Positions 63,089-64,000 of a stretch of DNA of 64,000 nt are shown here, in pieces. A program made the translations under genes and the position numbers. The notes beneath the pieces are model-generated. The model searched no databases and was not told the DNA's origin. It saw only the letters and a list, made by a program, of their open reading frames with translations. Source of the stretch: Candidatus Omnitrophota bacterium (GTDB lineage Bacteria > Omnitrophota > Gorgyraeia > Pluralincolimonadales > Pluralincolimonadaceae). Each line of letters starts with the position of its first letter. The stretch's first letter is position 1. The stretch covers positions 8,307 through 72,306 of the forward strand of contig PLNR01000009.1 in the NCBI GenBank assembly GCA_003141835.1. Reading direction: 5' to 3'.

Positions 63089-64000
63089 TCCCTCCCAATG
63101 CGGTTATGAGGCCGAAGAGCGGCATGAACATCGAGACTACTATAAAGCCGACTATCAGGCCCATGCCGATTATCAAGAAAGGTTCCAGTAAGGACATAAG
63201 TCCCGTTACCGTGACATCCACTTCTTCATCGTACACATCGGCGATCTTCAACAGCATCTGGTCGAGGGCGCCGGTCTCCTCGCCTACGGATATCATGTTA
63301 ACGGCCATCGCCGGGAACAATCCGGCTTTCAGGAGCGGCTTGGCCACGGTCTCGCCTTCACGGACGCTGTCATGGACGTGGATTATCGACTGCGCCATGA
63401 CCTCGTTACCTGTCGTATCTTTCGCGACCATGAGCGACTGAAGTATCGGCACGCCGCTCGAAAGCAAAGTGCCCAACGTCCTCGAGAAGCGCGCGATAGC
63501 TATCCTCCGGATCAACGGCCCCATTACGGGAAGCTCCAATTTTATCCTGTCGATCACCAGCCTCGTCGCCGCTATCTTTGACAGGATCGTATAGGTCACG
63601 ATGAAAAAGATGATGAGCCCGAGGCCTATAAACCACCTGTCCTTCATCAAACTGCTGATGAAGAGGAGTACCCTTGTCGGAGGAGGCAAGGCGACGTTCA
63701 TTTCTTTGAATATCATCATGAATTTCGGGACTATGAAAGTTATCAGGAAAAATAATACCGAAAGAGCCAACGTCAGGACAAGGGCGGGATATATAAGCGC
63801 GGCCTTTATCCTGCTGTTCAATTTCTGCGATTTCTCTGCGAATTCGGCCAGTCGCGTCAATACGAGCTCAAGGACGCCGCCGGTCTCGCCGGCCTTTACC
63901 GTGTTTACATAAAGCGGCGGGAAGGCTTTCGGATATTTAGAGAGGGCTTCAGAGAAAGAACTTCCGCCTTCTACCTGTTCGGCCAGGCCGCGGATAGTCG
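63081..64000 (-). CDS. gspF: Type II secretion / type IV pilus platform protein GspF/PilC, C-terminal part (runs off window end)
   Basis: T2SS-F domain motifs: ...KYPKAFPPLYVNTVKAGETGGVLELVLTRLAEF... and a second-repeat C-terminus with 3 TM helices. The frame stays open upstream to 64000; the TTG 'start' at 63860 in the track is an artifact. Confidence 0.75.
   Translation of the reverse strand, partial: TIRGLAEQVEGGSSFSEALSKYPKAFPPLYVNTVKAGETGGVLELVLTRLAEFAEKSQKLNSRIKAALIYPALVLTLALSVLFFLITFIVPKFMMIFKEMNVALPPPTRVLLFISSLMKDRWFIGLGLIIFFIVTYTILSKIAATRLVIDRIKLELPVMGPLIRRIAIARFSRTLGTLLSSGVPILQSLMVAKDTTGNEVMAQSIIHVHDSVREGETVAKPLLKAGLFPAMAVNMISVGEETGALDQMLLKIADVYDEEVDVTVTGLMSLLEPFLIIGMGLIVGFIVVSMFMPLFGLITALGGNG

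Noticed and set aside
63858-63860. TTG start of the gspF ORF at 63860
   Set aside because: Translating upstream in the same frame gives uninterrupted T2SS-F domain sequence (...SFSEALSKYPKAFPPLYVNTVKAGETGG...) to the window edge, so the gene is simply truncated by the window.

Overview
All coordinates are 1-based on the + strand. The window is a high-GC (roughly 55-60% by eye) bacterial segment in which all ~50 supportable genes lie on the minus strand, tightly packed and often overlapping by 4 nt. Every plus-strand ORF in the track looks like an antisense shadow. In transcription order (64000 down to 1) the content is: (i) a type II secretion / type IV pilus hybrid locus with gspF (partial), gspG, gspI-like, gspJ-like, two giant GspK-like pseudopilins (990 and 869 aa, one with a PA14 insert) separated by a secreted beta-helix/30-aa-repeat protein, a TPR protein, a pilM-pilN fusion, pilO-like, a PilP/GspC-like protein, a TPR + secretin-N (STN) protein, two tandem paralogous minimal secretins and a secreted YbjQ/DUF74-like protein; (ii) a housekeeping block: polA, glgA, coaE, a minimal GGDEF protein translationally wedged before rho, rpmE, prfA, prmC, murA, rpsP, trmD, rplS, rnhB, a histidine phosphatase, a small GH2-like glycosidase and rlmN; (iii) a 14.4-kb low-GC island of four co-directional genes encoding a 2304-aa multi-domain adhesin (beta-helix, 3x PA14, LamG, Ig-like repeats), a membrane protein, a secreted alpha/beta-hydrolase lipase and a 1325-aa surface protein with CBM-like modules, driven by a near-consensus sigma70 promoter; (iv) a one-carbon supercluster fhs-fchA-folD-metV-metF-(MetH activation domain)-metH-panB-nfnA-nfnB; (v) a lipoprotein, then four consecutive PP-loop ATPases (mnmA, a LarE/TIGR00268-like, a Dph6/MJ0570-like, tilS) with a CAU-anticodon tRNA and terminator embedded between them, a stand-alone CBM-like secreted protein, and the 5' end of ftsH. 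No CRISPR, integrase, transposase or rRNA was seen. The most novel-looking content is the pseudopilus/pilus machine with giant PA14-bearing GspK-like tip proteins, a split secretin architecture and duplicated secretins.
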